DNA of 39,415 nucleotides from a virus. Numbering within the stretch: position 1 is the first letter of the stretch; each line of letters begins with the position of its first letter. Below are positions 18,670-28,716 of the stretch, piece after piece. Made by a program: the position numbers and the translations under genes. The notes beneath the pieces were generated by a model. That model did not search any database and had not been told where the DNA came from. It saw nothing but the letters and a program-made list of their open reading frames with translations. The DNA lies in UHGV virus genome UHGV-0176211; one strand, given 5' to 3'.

Positions 18670-21366
18670 ATGTTTATTATGCCAAATCAATCATACAACG
18701 TTGTCGTTTCACAACCAAGTAACTTATTTACTTTAGCTCGCTCGTTTAAAGCAAATGCCAATGGCAGAATTTATATCGGTAAAATTGACACTGACCCGGT
18801 AAATCCTGAAAACCGGATTCAGGTTTATGTTGAGAATGAAGACGGTTCTCACGTTCCTGTTTCGCAACCAATCATCATTAACGCTGCTGGTTACCCGGTA
18901 TATAACGGGCAAATAGCCAAGTTCGTAACTGTGCAAGGCCATTCTATGGCTGTTTATGATGCATATGGTGCTAAGCAGTTCTATTTTCCTAATGTGCTGA
19001 AGTATGACCCTGATCAGTCATTGAAATATGTAGAAGGGGCATTGCTTGTTACTGACTTAGGTAATGGGACGTTTAAGAATAGTAGCAAAGACGTTGCCAT
19101 TGGGGATAATCTAACAGGAACCAATTTTATTAGAATAAACGGCGGCGTCTATAAATGCACTCCAGTTGCAACTGGAATTGTTACTGAGATCAAAGATAGA
19201 TACATTATCGCAGGCGGGGTTAAAAGCTACCTGTCTCATATTTCCAGACATGTCAGTGGTACGCGTAGGCCGCTGAACTGGAAATTAGAATTCAGCATCA
19301 TAGACAATGAGATTACCGCAGATCTTAAAGGTCAGTATGGTTATACGACCATGGGATTTCAGGGGATTTACATAGACAGCAATGATGGAATGGTATACAT
19401 CGGCTGGCAGACGCTAAACCCCGCATCGGTATGGGTTACGGTGCATGACTGGGCAACAGGAGCATTGGTAACACGTCTTCATTTTCCGAATAACGTTGGT
19501 GCACCAGAAGGCATCCACGTTTACAGAAAAGCAGGGCAGCGCTATATTCTACTGCCGTACAGCCCATCCCGCACTATCAGAATTTACCCTATCGGAGACC
19601 CGCGCACGCTAGCTGATAAAACGCAGATCACAAACTTCACGGAATCACCCAAACTTGGAGTGCGATATCAGTTCAGTGGTTTTGGTAATACCCTGCTATA
19701 CGAAAACGCGGACATGGGTTGGCCGAAAATTTTTGATGTTGAGACAGGTGTATCCAATATCTTTAACACACTGGATATTAACAGCCTTATAGAAGGATCT
19801 TATAGTCCAATGGGGACTATTACGGTTGATGCAAATGTTGGAGGTCGCGGAGCCGGTAAACCAAAACGGCAGGGTGTCGCTCTTGGTTCTCAACGGATAT
19901 TTGCTGGTATTGGTGCATCTACCACGGCGGGATCTGGAAATACTTTCGCAGGGTTGCAGGGTTATATTGAGTACAGCCATTCTGGTTCAGAATTAGGTCA
20001 GTACCTGCTGTCACCTGCAGATTTCAAAACATACTGGGATAGTTATTCAGGGAAGAGTGTTTACTCCACTGAAAATGAGGGGGTGCAGTCTTGTGATATT
20101 TCTGGCTCTGAGGAATTGTATCTTCTACAGTCTATTCGCTATGGCAATGGGGGCGGATCAAATTATAGGACTTTAAACATCATTCGCGCTAACTGTCCAT
20201 CTAATGAACCTGGAACAGTAGACATGAGTCCGCTATCCAATGCCGCATCACAGTTATTTAACCCTCGCGGAAGGGTGATTAACGCTGGCCGTCACCCTGT
20301 AAACCCGGCTGATGGTATTGCGCTATTTACATCGGCACAAGCTATTTGTGACTATTTGCGGAATACAGATGCAGGTAGATATGTGACATATCTTGAACAG
20401 GATATGCCACTGTTTGAAGGTGGGCCATCTGCGCCAGGACAGATGACACTGCCAGCATACTGCATATTGCAGATCGACTTCATCAACGGCGATACCTGGG
20501 AAATTACAGTTAATGGAACCAACAGGGCTAATAATTATACAGGAAGGATTTCCAAAAACGGCGGGTACAACTCTTTTACTAAGGTGTCCTCCCGCAGCAT
20601 GTCGATTCTCGGATCCCCTGGTCTGGTTGATGTATCAATTCGCTCACCTAACTCACCAAATCTTCCAGAATTTGCTGGAGACTGGTCTACTGGTGTAAGT
20701 ATAGGAGAAGCAGGTGGGAAGACAAACTGGCAGCCAGAAGGAACAGGTAACGGAGCATTATGGGAGTCAGGATATGCAAAAAACCGTGTGTTGCAGATAT
20801 TCATGTCCACAACATCAAAACTGTTCTTCCGCTACGCAGGCGATGCTATTCGCGCAGGTAACACAGGCTGGGCTGAGGCATGGTCGTCGCTGAACACGAC
20901 CGTCGATTCAAGTGGTTTCATCAAAAAAGCCTCTCCGGTTGTGAAGATTTTCTCAGACGGTAGTAGTGAAACAAATCGCGAATCAGATGGGGTAACCGTC
21001 ACACGGCTGGCATTGGGTGAATATCTGATTGAGGGTTGCGTAGGTCTGAATGCAGATGCTTCATGGGGTGGGATTGATGGTGGATTTGAAATACCGCAGG
21101 ACCGAAACAAGCAGCCGCTCATCTGGCTGGATTATGTTGTTAACCAAGATGGATCTGTGTTGGTGAAAACGTTTCACCGCACTCATGATAACTCGCCCGT
21201 TTTTGCACGTAACGACATACCTGGTGTTTCGAACGGTGACCCGATCGACATTCCTGCTAATCAATTCGTTTCTGTGCGAGTACAGATGCCTGAGGATTCT
21301 GCATGGAATAAGCTTAAGGAACAACTAAATAAGGCTGAATTGATAGAAGATGATGTTGTGGAATAG
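18670..21366 (+). CDS. Tailspike protein (P22-type head-binding domain plus distinct receptor-binding domain)
   Basis: 898 aa; first ~115 aa ([38 protein letters not shown]...[13 protein letters not shown]...NVLKYDPDQ) match the P22 gp9 N-terminal domain as recalled; remainder not P22-like. True start may be ATG 18679. Confidence 0.85.
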   Translation: MFIMPNQSYNVVVSQPSNLFTLARSFKANANGRIYIGKIDTDPVNPENRIQVYVENEDGSHVPVSQPIIINAAGYPVYNGQIAKFVTVQGHSMAVYDAYGAKQFYFPNVLKYDPDQSLKYVEGALLVTDLGNGTFKNSSKDVAIGDNLTGTNFIRINGGVYKCTPVATGIVTEIKDRYIIAGGVKSYLSHISRHVSGTRRPLNWKLEFSIIDNEITADLKGQYGYTTMGFQGIYIDSNDGMVYIGWQTLNPASVWVTVHDWATGALVTRLHFPNNVGAPEGIHVYRKAGQRYILLPYSPSRTIRIYPIGDPRTLADKTQITNFTESPKLGVRYQFSGFGNTLLYENADMGWPKIFDVETGVSNIFNTLDINSLIEGSYSPMGTITVDANVGGRGAGKPKRQGVALGSQRIFAGIGASTTAGSGNTFAGLQGYIEYSHSGSELGQYLLSPADFKTYWDSYSGKSVYSTENEGVQSCDISGSEELYLLQSIRYGNGGGSNYRTLNIIRANCPSNEPGTVDMSPLSNAASQLFNPRGRVINAGRHPVNPADGIALFTSAQAICDYLRNTDAGRYVTYLEQDMPLFEGGPSAPGQMTLPAYCILQIDFINGDTWEITVNGTNRANNYTGRISKNGGYNSFTKVSSRSMSILGSPGLVDVSIRSPNSPNLPEFAGDWSTGVSIGEAGGKTNWQPEGTGNGALWESGYAKNRVLQIFMSTTSKLFFRYAGDAIRAGNTGWAEAWSSLNTTVDSSGFIKKASPVVKIFSDGSSETNRESDGVTVTRLALGEYLIEGCVGLNADASWGGIDGGFEIPQDRNKQPLIWLDYVVNQDGSVLVKTFHRTHDNSPVFARNDIPGVSNGDPIDIPANQFVSVRVQMPEDSAWNKLKEQLNKAELIEDDVVE

Positions 21367-21405
21367 GTCTGTGATATTGGCATAGGTATAAGTGTCCGCT
21401 ATTTG

Positions 21406-21426
21406 GGTGGCATTACGCCACCTTTT
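21406..21426 (+). terminator. Rho-independent terminator after tailspike
   Basis: GGTGGC-ATTAC-GCCACC hairpin followed by TTTT. Confidence 0.55.
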
Positions 21427-21428
21427 CA

Positions 21429-21776
21429 TCAATCCAGTCCGTCCGGCACTGCCTGTACCATCTGCGCCCTGACCCACGCCACCCGCGACGGGTTCATATG
21501 GCACATGTTGTTCCTTTTTTCTTCATGGTAATGCCCATTACTCTCGTTAAATGGCAACACCTCATACAGCCCGGCACTTCTGAAATCAGCGTGTAATTGT
21601 TCCAGTGCCGCTTCGCTGGAGGTACCGATTGATGTGAGATAATCGAAAAGATTGGCGCATAAACCATAATTTCGAGAAAACACCCCACCTGGTTTCGCCC
21701 CATTACTCAACCACAAATCATAAGCAATATAAAACCCGTAAAGCTGTTTTCTGATATTTTCTTTGGTTTCTTGCAT
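21429..21776 (-). CDS. Hypothetical protein (early-left operon)
   Basis: 115-aa ORF, last gene of the leftward block. Confidence 0.4.
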   Translation of the reverse strand: MQETKENIRKQLYGFYIAYDLWLSNGAKPGGVFSRNYGLCANLFDYLTSIGTSSEAALEQLHADFRSAGLYEVLPFNESNGHYHEEKRNNMCHMNPSRVAWVRAQMVQAVPDGLD

Positions 21777-21811
21777 TATTTATTACCGCCCTTTCGGGCG
21801 GCCTCCTGACA

Positions 21812-22024
21812 TTAATCGTTGTGATAACTCATAGCTTCATTTGCAGCATCAACTGGATCAACATCCCACCAGCAATAATTTGGGTCGGCTCCTTCAGGTG
21901 TCCACGGCTCTAATTCATTTTTTGCCGCATTCTCGTCGCCAGTAATTTTAAAAATCTGCTCAGAAAATTTCCTCACCCACTCGTTATATTTTTCCGCATT
22001 AATGGTTTTCTGTGTATTTAACAT
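21812..22024 (-). CDS. Hypothetical small protein
   Basis: 70-aa ORF in the leftward block. Confidence 0.35.
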   Translation of the reverse strand: MLNTQKTINAEKYNEWVRKFSEQIFKITGDENAAKNELEPWTPEGADPNYCWWDVDPVDAANEAMSYHND

Positions 22025-22074
22025 AGATATACCTCCGGTTAAGGATTAGATTTTATTTACAACACTAAATTTAA

Positions 22075-22665
22075 TTATTCAGGCGCGCGAATCTGTTCCG
22101 CATAATGCAACAATGCTTCTGTCACTTCCTTAAGCGTTACGGTATAGCCATCGTCCAGCCCGGCAGCCGTCGCGCCCTTAACGAACGCCGAGCAAAGGTC
22201 ATTAAGCGCCTGCGCCCGTACTTCAGCCAGGAAAGCATCGGTGGCTGGGTGCTCTGTCTGGCTATGCATTGCCCATTCAGATAAGTACTCGAAGCAACGG
22301 CGAAACTCCTGCCAATCACTGCACATGTTTAGGTTTCCGCCTTCACACTCGAACTGGTAATTCTCTAAACGGTCTGCAAACGCTCTGCCATTCTCGATGG
22401 CACCAAGTGGAGTATCAGATTTCAGCCCAGCATTCTCCGCCGCCGGCGCCGAAAACTTCTCGTGTGCCAACTTAACAGCCGCATCAGCCTGCTTAATTGA
22501 CTCAATCGCTTTCTGGTGGTCTTCGGATAGAGCTGAAATCTTGGCCTCCGCTTCAGCAAATTTACGCACCAGATATTCAGCGTTTGTTTCGTTAACCTTT
22601 AAATCTCGTGGGATGCATTTACCTTTCAGAAAACCATCCATCTCAATTAGTGTCATTTGTTTCAT
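22075..22665 (-). CDS. Hypothetical protein, possibly Ead/Ea22-like
   Basis: 196 aa, coiled-coil-like N-half; ATGA coupling with upstream gene; family guess weak. Confidence 0.35.
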   Translation of the reverse strand: MKQMTLIEMDGFLKGKCIPRDLKVNETNAEYLVRKFAEAEAKISALSEDHQKAIESIKQADAAVKLAHEKFSAPAAENAGLKSDTPLGAIENGRAFADRLENYQFECEGGNLNMCSDWQEFRRCFEYLSEWAMHSQTEHPATDAFLAEVRAQALNDLCSAFVKGATAAGLDDGYTVTLKEVTEALLHYAEQIRAPE

Positions 22666-22844
22666 TTTTTCCCACTCCGCAACATCGCATTCAGATATTT
22701 GTTGTCATTAACAGAACCGAAACTATTTCTTTTAAGCAATTCCTCTCTCGATGGCATTGGCTTTACGCGTTGGCGAATAATCATTTCTGCCGGAAGAATG
22801 CCGGGATTGTATGCAAGTCCTCTCATGGTAAATTCCTCAGTCAT
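22662..22844 (-). CDS. Hypothetical small protein
   Basis: Start chosen at internal Met (MTEEFTMRG...) overlapping the upstream stop; the track gives a longer 107-aa ORF. Confidence 0.3.
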   Translation of the reverse strand: MTEEFTMRGLAYNPGILPAEMIIRQRVKPMPSREELLKRNSFGSVNDNKYLNAMLRSGKK

Positions 22845-23112
22845 TACTGATAGCGCCATAGCGTGAGCGGTAATTACGCAGGCGCGGGTCGATATATTCA
22901 GGCCACTGCATATCCTGTTTTCTTTGCAGTGGGTAAAAACTTGCTTGCCAGTTGTCGAGCCATATTTGCTTTGCGTACAGATCACTAAATCTTTTCGTCA
23001 TCCGTTCATCAGAACTACCAGCAATAAAAAAACCGCGCTCGATTTGATCACGGGCTTCTTTTAGAACCTGCTCTTTTGTTCGCGGTGGCGACGGAGGTTT
23101 TAAATAATCATT
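22837..23112 (-). CDS. Hypothetical protein
   Basis: 91 aa from MNDYLKPP...; start overlaps the upstream stop (ATGA). Confidence 0.35.
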   Translation of the reverse strand, partial: NDYLKPPSPPRTKEQVLKEARDQIERGFFIAGSSDERMTKRFSDLYAKQIWLDNWQASFYPLQRKQDMQWPEYIDPRLRNYRSRYGAISND

Positions 23113-23773
23113 CATCCTTACGCTCCATATTCTCCAGCAGAGTAGCAGCCTCTCGAGGAAGCTCGAGTGCAGGGTAAACAGCGCGCCACGCTTCGTAAGG
23201 GTAAGCATTTACACTGCCGTAGCGAGGACAGAAGACTCTTTTAACCTCCACGTTAGCCTCAACACACCAGCTCTTGAGTGGTCGCCACAGATTCTTGGCA
23301 TCAAGCCCAAAGTCTGGATTAGCCTTAACCACGCGCAGAACATCGTAATATCTCACAGTCTGTTGAAGAATCAGTTTCAGTCTTTCTTTCTCTTCCCAGA
23401 GGTCGGCGGCCAGTCGCAACGCCTCACCCATTGTTTGCGGTACAGGAAATGTCGACTTAGCCGCGCTTTGCCGCATTGTCTCCAGCTGGTCAATCAGCGA
23501 ACGACGGACAGCTTTTGACTCGCGAGCCGCCACTCTCATGGCTTGTTTGTAGCTCATGACAATAGTCACCTGATCCGCGCCACCTTTTGTCTTATCCATG
23601 GGGGTTACGAAAATTTCGTAAGCCTCCCCATCCAGCTCATCCTTAACCTTGGCAATAAAATCATTGTTGCGGACCGGTTTTTCTCCGCACAATCTCCGCG
23701 CCTCATTAACCATCTTCAATAGTGTTTGGCTATTGATGGTTTCGTCGTGCTGCGTAGTAATTAACTCATTCAT
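23108..23773 (-). CDS. Antirepressor-like protein (partial KilAC-type segment)
   Basis: 221 aa; PVPQTMGEALRLAADLWEEKERL resembles the KilAC junction segment seen in the 244-aa paralog. Confidence 0.4.
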   Translation of the reverse strand: MNELITTQHDETINSQTLLKMVNEARRLCGEKPVRNNDFIAKVKDELDGEAYEIFVTPMDKTKGGADQVTIVMSYKQAMRVAARESKAVRRSLIDQLETMRQSAAKSTFPVPQTMGEALRLAADLWEEKERLKLILQQTVRYYDVLRVVKANPDFGLDAKNLWRPLKSWCVEANVEVKRVFCPRYGSVNAYPYEAWRAVYPALELPREAATLLENMERKDE

Positions 23774-23829
23774 TTAACAATCATCTTTCATTAAAACCCC
23801 GACTTTGTAGCGGGGGTGTGACTTAACAT

Positions 23830-24345
23830 TTATAGCGCATAGACTCTGTGCTTCCCATATTGCAGCCCTACAGGACTAAACGGAATATCCATATCGAAAT
23901 AATCCGGCGGTGGATAATTTCCGTTATTGTTTTGCGGTTGCGCTTTCTGCTGCTGTGGCTTCTGTGATTGCCTGCTGGCTGCTTGTTGTTTGCTGCCGCC
24001 AATGCCGCCAAGCATTTGCATGGTTCCACCAACGCCCACGATGACTTCGGTAGTGAACCTATCCTGTCCGCTTTGATCCTGCCATTTTCTTGTCCTTAAT
24101 TTGCCTTCAAGATAAACCTCTGAGCCTTTTCGCAGATATTCGCTGGCAATTTCTACCAGTTTCCCGCTCATTACCACACGGTGCCACTCCGTCTGCTCCT
24201 TTTGCTCTCCAGTTTGCTTATCACGCCATTGTTCTGACGTAGCAACTATAAGGTTTGCAAATGCCGTTCCTGATGGTGAATAGCGCACCTCAGGATCTTG
24301 GCCTAATCTACCGATAATGATTACACGATTAACTCCACGTCCCAT
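23830..24345 (-). CDS. ssb: Single-stranded DNA-binding protein
   Basis: 171 aa, OB-fold N-terminus ([18 protein letters not shown]), Gln/Gly-rich tail ending DIPF. Confidence 0.9.
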   Translation of the reverse strand: MGRGVNRVIIIGRLGQDPEVRYSPSGTAFANLIVATSEQWRDKQTGEQKEQTEWHRVVMSGKLVEIASEYLRKGSEVYLEGKLRTRKWQDQSGQDRFTTEVIVGVGGTMQMLGGIGGSKQQAASRQSQKPQQQKAQPQNNNGNYPPPDYFDMDIPFSPVGLQYGKHRVYAL

Positions 24346-25053
24346 TTATACCGCCTGTTTTAGTTCGTTAACTCTGATGTTCATTACCTGAACGCATTTA
24401 GCCTGCGCATCCTCATTGCCAGCCATTAATTGCCAGTCATGCTGATAACGTTCTATGAGTTTTTTCTTGTCAGTTTCTGTTGATGCATAATCGCTGAAGT
24501 CTTTCAGGATTTGTTCGCAGTCAACCGATGGAGATTTCTGGTTGGTATTTTCTGGTGATGATTTGTTACCTGATGCTGGGATTGCCCATCCCGGCAGCGA
24601 TGGAGGGAGCCAGTAAAATCCTGTTCCATCCTTCAGTTTTGCCCTGTGCCACCCCTGCTTTTTATCGAGAGATGTTTGTGCGAAACCTTCCTCAAGGTTA
24701 TACAGATACCGACCGATTCCCCACTGAACGGCAGCGCGCTTCATTGCACCGGAACGACCACCTTTGACGGCTTCTACCTGCGTGTTTTCAGCAGCATCCC
24801 ATTTGGTTACCCATTCGGAATCAATCTTTATCGATATGCCGCATTCAACGCCGCCGTTGTTGGGAATATCGCGGTATTCATTGCGCCATCCTGCTTTGCC
24901 ACAAACATCGTCAAGGCGTTTCATGATTGCCCGGTTCGTGACATAAGCCAGCACCATAGCCCACACCTTGCCATCGCGTGCTTTACCGCTTTGCTGTATT
25001 CGCCATTCGATATCTTCAGGGCAGAATGGCTCATCGAATTTATTCAAATCCAT
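24346..25053 (-). CDS. Single-strand annealing recombinase (Rad52/Erf-type SSAP)
   Basis: 235 aa; KGGRSGAMKRAAVQWGIGRYLY resembles the Rad52/22-family motif; immediately upstream of ssb. Confidence 0.6.
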   Translation of the reverse strand: MDLNKFDEPFCPEDIEWRIQQSGKARDGKVWAMVLAYVTNRAIMKRLDDVCGKAGWRNEYRDIPNNGGVECGISIKIDSEWVTKWDAAENTQVEAVKGGRSGAMKRAAVQWGIGRYLYNLEEGFAQTSLDKKQGWHRAKLKDGTGFYWLPPSLPGWAIPASGNKSSPENTNQKSPSVDCEQILKDFSDYASTETDKKKLIERYQHDWQLMAGNEDAQAKCVQVMNIRVNELKQAV

Positions 25054-25061
25054 AATTCACC

Positions 25062-25232
25062 TCAGAATGGACATGGCCCAAGGAAATAACGCTGATTTAA
25101 TACTTCAGTCTTTGCCGCATTTAAAAATACTCGAACACCTTCACGATCTCCCTTCTGGCGATACATTAACGCCTGCTGCGTGTACATGCGTCTCTGTAAC
25201 TTGCTCTCCTTCACTGTGGTTGCAAGTGACAT
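25062..25232 (-). CDS. Small ORF, possibly arf-like
   Basis: 56-aa ORF found by eye with GGAGAT RBS, immediately upstream of the SSAP gene (the position of arf in P22). Confidence 0.3.
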   Translation of the reverse strand: MSLATTVKESKLQRRMYTQQALMYRQKGDREGVRVFLNAAKTEVLNQRYFLGPCPF

Positions 25233-25294
25233 GAATATCTCCTTCGTTACCGATTAATTCTTTCATCTGACGAACGAATTCTTCGTCTGACCAG

Positions 25295-25580
25295 TTAAAT
25301 CAAACCCTCATCAGTCAGCTTGCCGACAATCCACATCTCCCCTTCGGCGTAGAACATCGCCTGAGAGCGGCCATTTTCTGTCTCCCGCATGATTCCGTAG
25401 CCCTTGTCGATAAACCATTGCTGGAAGGCACGACCTCGCTTAACAGACCGGTTGTACACGCCAAACTGCTCGAGCTGCTTGTTCAGCCACACGGCGGATT
25501 GCCCGAACTTCTGCGCCACCTGCGACGCGTTATAAAGATTGTTGCGCTCAACGATGCGATCGTAAACCTCGGCTTTCGGC
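25295..25580. repeat. Inverted-repeat copy 1 (antirepressor C-terminal segment)
   Basis: Reverse complement aligns with 37745..38031 at ~90% identity by eye. Confidence 0.6.
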
Positions 25581-25966
25581 GCTGCGATTGATAGTTTCTC
25601 CTGTGCGATCAGCTTTTGTTCATACTCATTAGCCCATGCTCTGGCAGCTTCCGCTGGGTTGGCGAAGTCCGGTAGCGCTGCTTTGCGCACCTGCTCTTCC
25701 AGTTCCTGCCAGCGATCGATAATCCTTGCACGAAGTTCGACACTGTAACCAGAAACCACCAGCAATGTGTCACGCTTAGTTAAAAGCCATTCTCTTTGCG
25801 ATTGGTTGTTATATCCCTTGTAACTTACTGATTTACTTGATTCACTCAAATTTGAGTGAATGAAATCAATATCTCTTAATACATTGTCATGCCGTTTGCC
25901 TGTCAGTTCCGCAATCTCACGGCTAGACATTGTTTTTACTTCTGCGGTACTTATTAAACTGTTCAT
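25295..25966 (-). CDS. Antirepressor (Rha-type N-domain plus KilAC-type C-domain)
   Basis: 223 aa; N-terminal MSSREIAELTGKRHDNVLRDI, C-terminal ~95 aa nearly identical to the C-terminus of the 37297..38031 product. Confidence 0.65.
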   Translation of the reverse strand: MNSLISTAEVKTMSSREIAELTGKRHDNVLRDIDFIHSNLSESSKSVSYKGYNNQSQREWLLTKRDTLLVVSGYSVELRARIIDRWQELEEQVRKAALPDFANPAEAARAWANEYEQKLIAQEKLSIAAPKAEVYDRIVERNNLYNASQVAQKFGQSAVWLNKQLEQFGVYNRSVKRGRAFQQWFIDKGYGIMRETENGRSQAMFYAEGEMWIVGKLTDEGLI

Positions 25967-26388
25967 GATTTCATCTCCTCTCTCGCCGTCTCGTCGCGCA
26001 GGGGTTTAACCAGCATCAAATAGCCGGATTCAGTGAATACCCTCAACCCTCTAGTGGGGATGTCAAAAAACGGGAAGGCCGTTTTTTTATCAAAATCAAT
26101 AACATAAGTATCCTCGCCATCAATAAAATAGCTTGAGTTTCTTGTGTAGCTGTCACGAATTGTAGTTAACGGAACGCCATGCACAACAGCCACCTGCTGA
26201 AATGTAACCACACGCTCACCATTAAACTCGCAAGCTATTAGTGGGATATCATTAATCATCACGCTGTTCATGATTTTCCATCCTATCGTTGATATATTCA
26301 AATCAGGTTCTTTATCGCCGCGATAAAAACAATTTAAGACTCGCATCCTATCCCGAGCTTTATCATCATCAAAAAATGTAAAACTCAT
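25963..26388 (-). CDS. ORF6N-type domain protein
   Basis: NDIPLIACEFNGERVVTFQQVAVVHGVPLTTIRDSYTRNSSYFIDGEDTYVIDF parallels the N-terminus of the 256-aa product at 35577..36347; start uncertain (26388, 26271 or GTG 26403). Confidence 0.5.
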   Translation of the reverse strand: MSFTFFDDDKARDRMRVLNCFYRGDKEPDLNISTIGWKIMNSVMINDIPLIACEFNGERVVTFQQVAVVHGVPLTTIRDSYTRNSSYFIDGEDTYVIDFDKKTAFPFFDIPTRGLRVFTESGYLMLVKPLRDETAREEMKS

Positions 26389-26537
26389 TTCCTGCGATAC
26401 CACGGAAGGTTGACAGCTGATTTCATCGCTTTATTTGCTTCAAGCCACATTTTTGAGTCACCAATAAATCTGGCTATTACTGCTTTGTTCTGTGCAGCAC
26501 GAAGCATCTGGTGATTGATGGCTATTTCATTGCGCAT
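26385..26537 (-). CDS. Small ORF (50 aa)
   Basis: Found by eye; its stop overlaps the ATG of the downstream ORF6N gene (ATGA). Confidence 0.25.
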   Translation of the reverse strand: MRNEIAINHQMLRAAQNKAVIARFIGDSKMWLEANKAMKSAVNLPWYRRK

Positions 26538-26719
26538 AATAAGACCTCAACTCTTTTCCATCCGTCACGTAATTTACGGGTGATTCGTTCAAGTAAAGAT
26601 TCGGAAGGGCAGCCAGCAACAGGCCACCCTGCAATGGCATATTGCATGGTGTGCTCCTTATTTATACATAACGAAAAACGCCTCGAGTGAAGCGTTATTG
26701 GTATGCGGTAACGCCGCGC

Positions 26720-27088
26720 TCAGGCGGCTTTGATAGTCATATCATCTGGATCAAATATTCCTGATGTATCGATATCGGTAATTCTTATTCCTTCGCTACC
26801 ATCCATTGGAGGCCATCCTTCCTGACCATTTCCATCATTCCAGTCGAACTCACACACAACACCATATGCATTTAAGTCGCTTGAAATTGCTATAAGCAGA
26901 GCATGTTGCGCCAGCATGATTAATACAGCATTTAATACAGAGCCGTGTTTATTGAGTCGGTATTCAGAGTCTGACCAGAAATTATTAATCTGGTAAAGTT
27001 TTTCCTCTGTCATTACGTCATGGTCGATTTCAATTTCTATTGATGCTTTCCAGTCGTAATCAATGATGTATTTTTTGATGTTTGACAT
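26720..27088 (-). CDS. Hypothetical protein with acidic C-terminus
   Basis: 122-aa ORF in the early-left operon; function unknown. Confidence 0.4.
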   Translation of the reverse strand: MSNIKKYIIDYDWKASIEIEIDHDVMTEEKLYQINNFWSDSEYRLNKHGSVLNAVLIMLAQHALLIAISSDLNAYGVVCEFDWNDGNGQEGWPPMDGSEGIRITDIDTSGIFDPDDMTIKAA

Positions 27089-27104
27089 CTATTCATATCC
27101 TCAC

Positions 27105-27134
27105 AGATAAAAAATCGCCCTCATACTGGAGGGC
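27105..27134 (-). terminator. Terminator-like hairpin within the leftward operon
   Basis: On minus strand GCCCUC-CAGUAU-GAGGGC followed by GAUUUUUU. Confidence 0.45.
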
Positions 27135-27262
27135 AAAGAAGATTTCCAACAATCAGAACAAGTCGGCTCCTGTTTAGTTACGAGCGACATTGCTCCGTGT
27201 ATTCACTCGTTGGAATGAATACACAGTGCTGTGTTTATTCTGTTATTTATGCCAAAATAATT

Positions 27263-27505
27263 TTAATCAGCAATAAAATCTTCTGGTAATTTATCAACCA
27301 CTTGATGGCTTATTATCAGCCATTTGCCATCCTTCGTCCCGTATGCATATTTCTGGCCTTTTATCATCATGTGTTCAGCTACTGCCTTAACTGCCTGTTC
27401 GGTTACATCTTCTTTCTTTCCTACCCACATTCCTTTTTCAGTGTTTAATGTTCCTTGAAAAATACGACCACTTAATGGGCTTACGCCCATAGTTTTTACT
27501 CTCAT
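27263..27505 (-). CDS. Hypothetical small protein
   Basis: 80-aa ORF. Confidence 0.4.
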   Translation of the reverse strand: MRVKTMGVSPLSGRIFQGTLNTEKGMWVGKKEDVTEQAVKAVAEHMMIKGQKYAYGTKDGKWLIISHQVVDKLPEDFIAD

Positions 27506-27569
27506 GTATCAGTCCTCAAACAAGTGGTTTGCTGCCAAAACAATGAACCATCCGGAAATTCCAGATAGT

Positions 27570-27797
27570 TCATAATTCACTCTTCAATACTTCCAACTTA
27601 CTAATCGCCGAAAGATATCCGCGCTGATAGGGCATCATCATTCCTTCGAGCTTGCCACTTCTTAACTCCTCCCTGAGCAATTGTATTGCTTGATCAATAA
27701 CCTCTGCCTTAGCGTCCTTTATGGCTTGCTTGCGGGGCTTTGCTTTCTGCTTTGGCAGATTTCTCAAGCATGATGGAATGTATGTCTGATTCATCAC
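27570..27797 (-). CDS. Hypothetical small basic protein
   Basis: 75-aa ORF immediately downstream of the N-like gene. Confidence 0.4.
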   Translation of the reverse strand: MMNQTYIPSCLRNLPKQKAKPRKQAIKDAKAEVIDQAIQLLREELRSGKLEGMMMPYQRGYLSAISKLEVLKSEL

Positions 27798-28070
27798 TTA
27801 CCTCGCTGTCAGTTGTTTTGATTTCCGGTAGCCTGCCGCGTAAAGAGCTACGTTTGGAAGACAAGTTGAACCTTCATATTTTCTGGTCAACGTTGTCAGA
27901 GTTATCACTTCTGCTCTCATTGCTGGTTTGCGCTTGCATTGCAAGACCACTCGTGAAGGGGTTGGCCTGTGTAGCTTGTCGGAGCTGATCGCCTCCTGAC
28001 TTTGCAGATTTGCACGACGAGCTCTACGGCGAGAAGCTGCGGTTCCTTTAAATTCTGTTTTTCTGGACAT
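27798..28070 (-). CDS. N-like transcription antiterminator
   Basis: Start at internal Met with GGAGG RBS; Arg-rich motif TAASRRRARRANLQ; C-terminus LPNVALYAAGYRKSKQLTAR resembles P22 gp24 as recalled. Confidence 0.6.
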   Translation of the reverse strand: MSRKTEFKGTAASRRRARRANLQSQEAISSDKLHRPTPSRVVLQCKRKPAMRAEVITLTTLTRKYEGSTCLPNVALYAAGYRKSKQLTAR

Positions 28071-28179
28071 AGATTCCTCCCGAATAAACTTTGGCGATGC
28101 AATCTCGAAGCCCCTCCTGAGACGGTTGCTTCGGCATTGCATCCCACAGCTTATGTGGTTGGGTGATCTGGCTTTTCAG

Positions 28180-28215
28180 CCACGTAGTCGAGTGTTCGAC
28201 GTTGTTTAAAGAGCC
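28180..28215 (-). promoter_or_regulatory. nutL-like site (boxA plus boxB hairpin)
   Basis: Minus-strand GGCTCTTTAAACAAC, then hairpin GTCGA-ACAC-TCGAC, then TACGT; nearly the same architecture recurs at 29152..29183. Confidence 0.55.
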
Positions 28216-28260
28216 TGCCAGTCTGTTCCGTTTGGCTTCCAGCTTCCTGCTGATGACTAA

Positions 28261-28289
28261 ATAATACGGGACGTAGTTGATTAAGTCAA
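28261..28289 (-). promoter_or_regulatory. PL-like promoter
   Basis: Minus strand TTGACT, 17-nt spacer, TATTAT, upstream of nutL and the N-like gene. Confidence 0.55.
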
Positions 28290-28430
28290 CACAAACACTC
28301 TAAATGTGGTTAGTTTTTTTATAACTCTATGTATTTTATTGATTTATATTTTGGGAAAGAAAGTTGGCGCCAAGTTTTCACCAAAAGTGGTGAAATCCCT
28401 AAACCCTGTAGCCCGTCAAGAAGCTGGCCC

Positions 28431-28692
28431 GTGGTGCAGGAGATTCACCAGGGTGGTGCAGGAGATTCACCAGGGTGGTGCAGGAGATTCACTAGGGTGG
28501 TGCAGGAGATTCACTAGGGGGTGGTGCAGGAGCTGCACCCAGAACCAGTCACTCTTTTGAACCAGTCAATGAACCTAAAAACATTATGTTCGAACATGTC
28601 CGAACAGAGTGTGAAAAAACTCCTGACCGTCACGAAGAAACCGACAAGGCATTCGAGGAAATATTCTGGTGTGCAGGCATGCGGAAAGCCGG
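28431..28692. repeat. Direct-repeat copy A of an origin segment (iterons plus AT-rich flank)
   Basis: Near-identical by eye to 29986..30225 inside the O-like gene, with one extra 22-bp unit. Confidence 0.8.
28434..28538. repeat. Iteron array A (four 22-bp units plus a palindromic fifth)
   Basis: GTGCAGGAGATTCAC core at 28434, 28456, 28478, 28500; palindromic GTGCAGGAGCTGCAC at 28524. Confidence 0.8.
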
Positions 28693-28716
28693 TCTCGGCA
28701 ACCATTAGTTACGTCA

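Noticed and set aside
21367-21428. Gap after the tailspike examined for attP or an integrase remnant
   Set aside because: Only 62 bp, occupied by a terminator hairpin; too short to hold int/xis and no att-like repeat recognisable without a host sequence.
28434-28538. Tandem 22-bp repeats considered as a possible CRISPR array
   Set aside because: The units are contiguous with no unique spacers, there is no cas gene, and a second copy lies inside a replication-initiator gene; they fit origin iterons.
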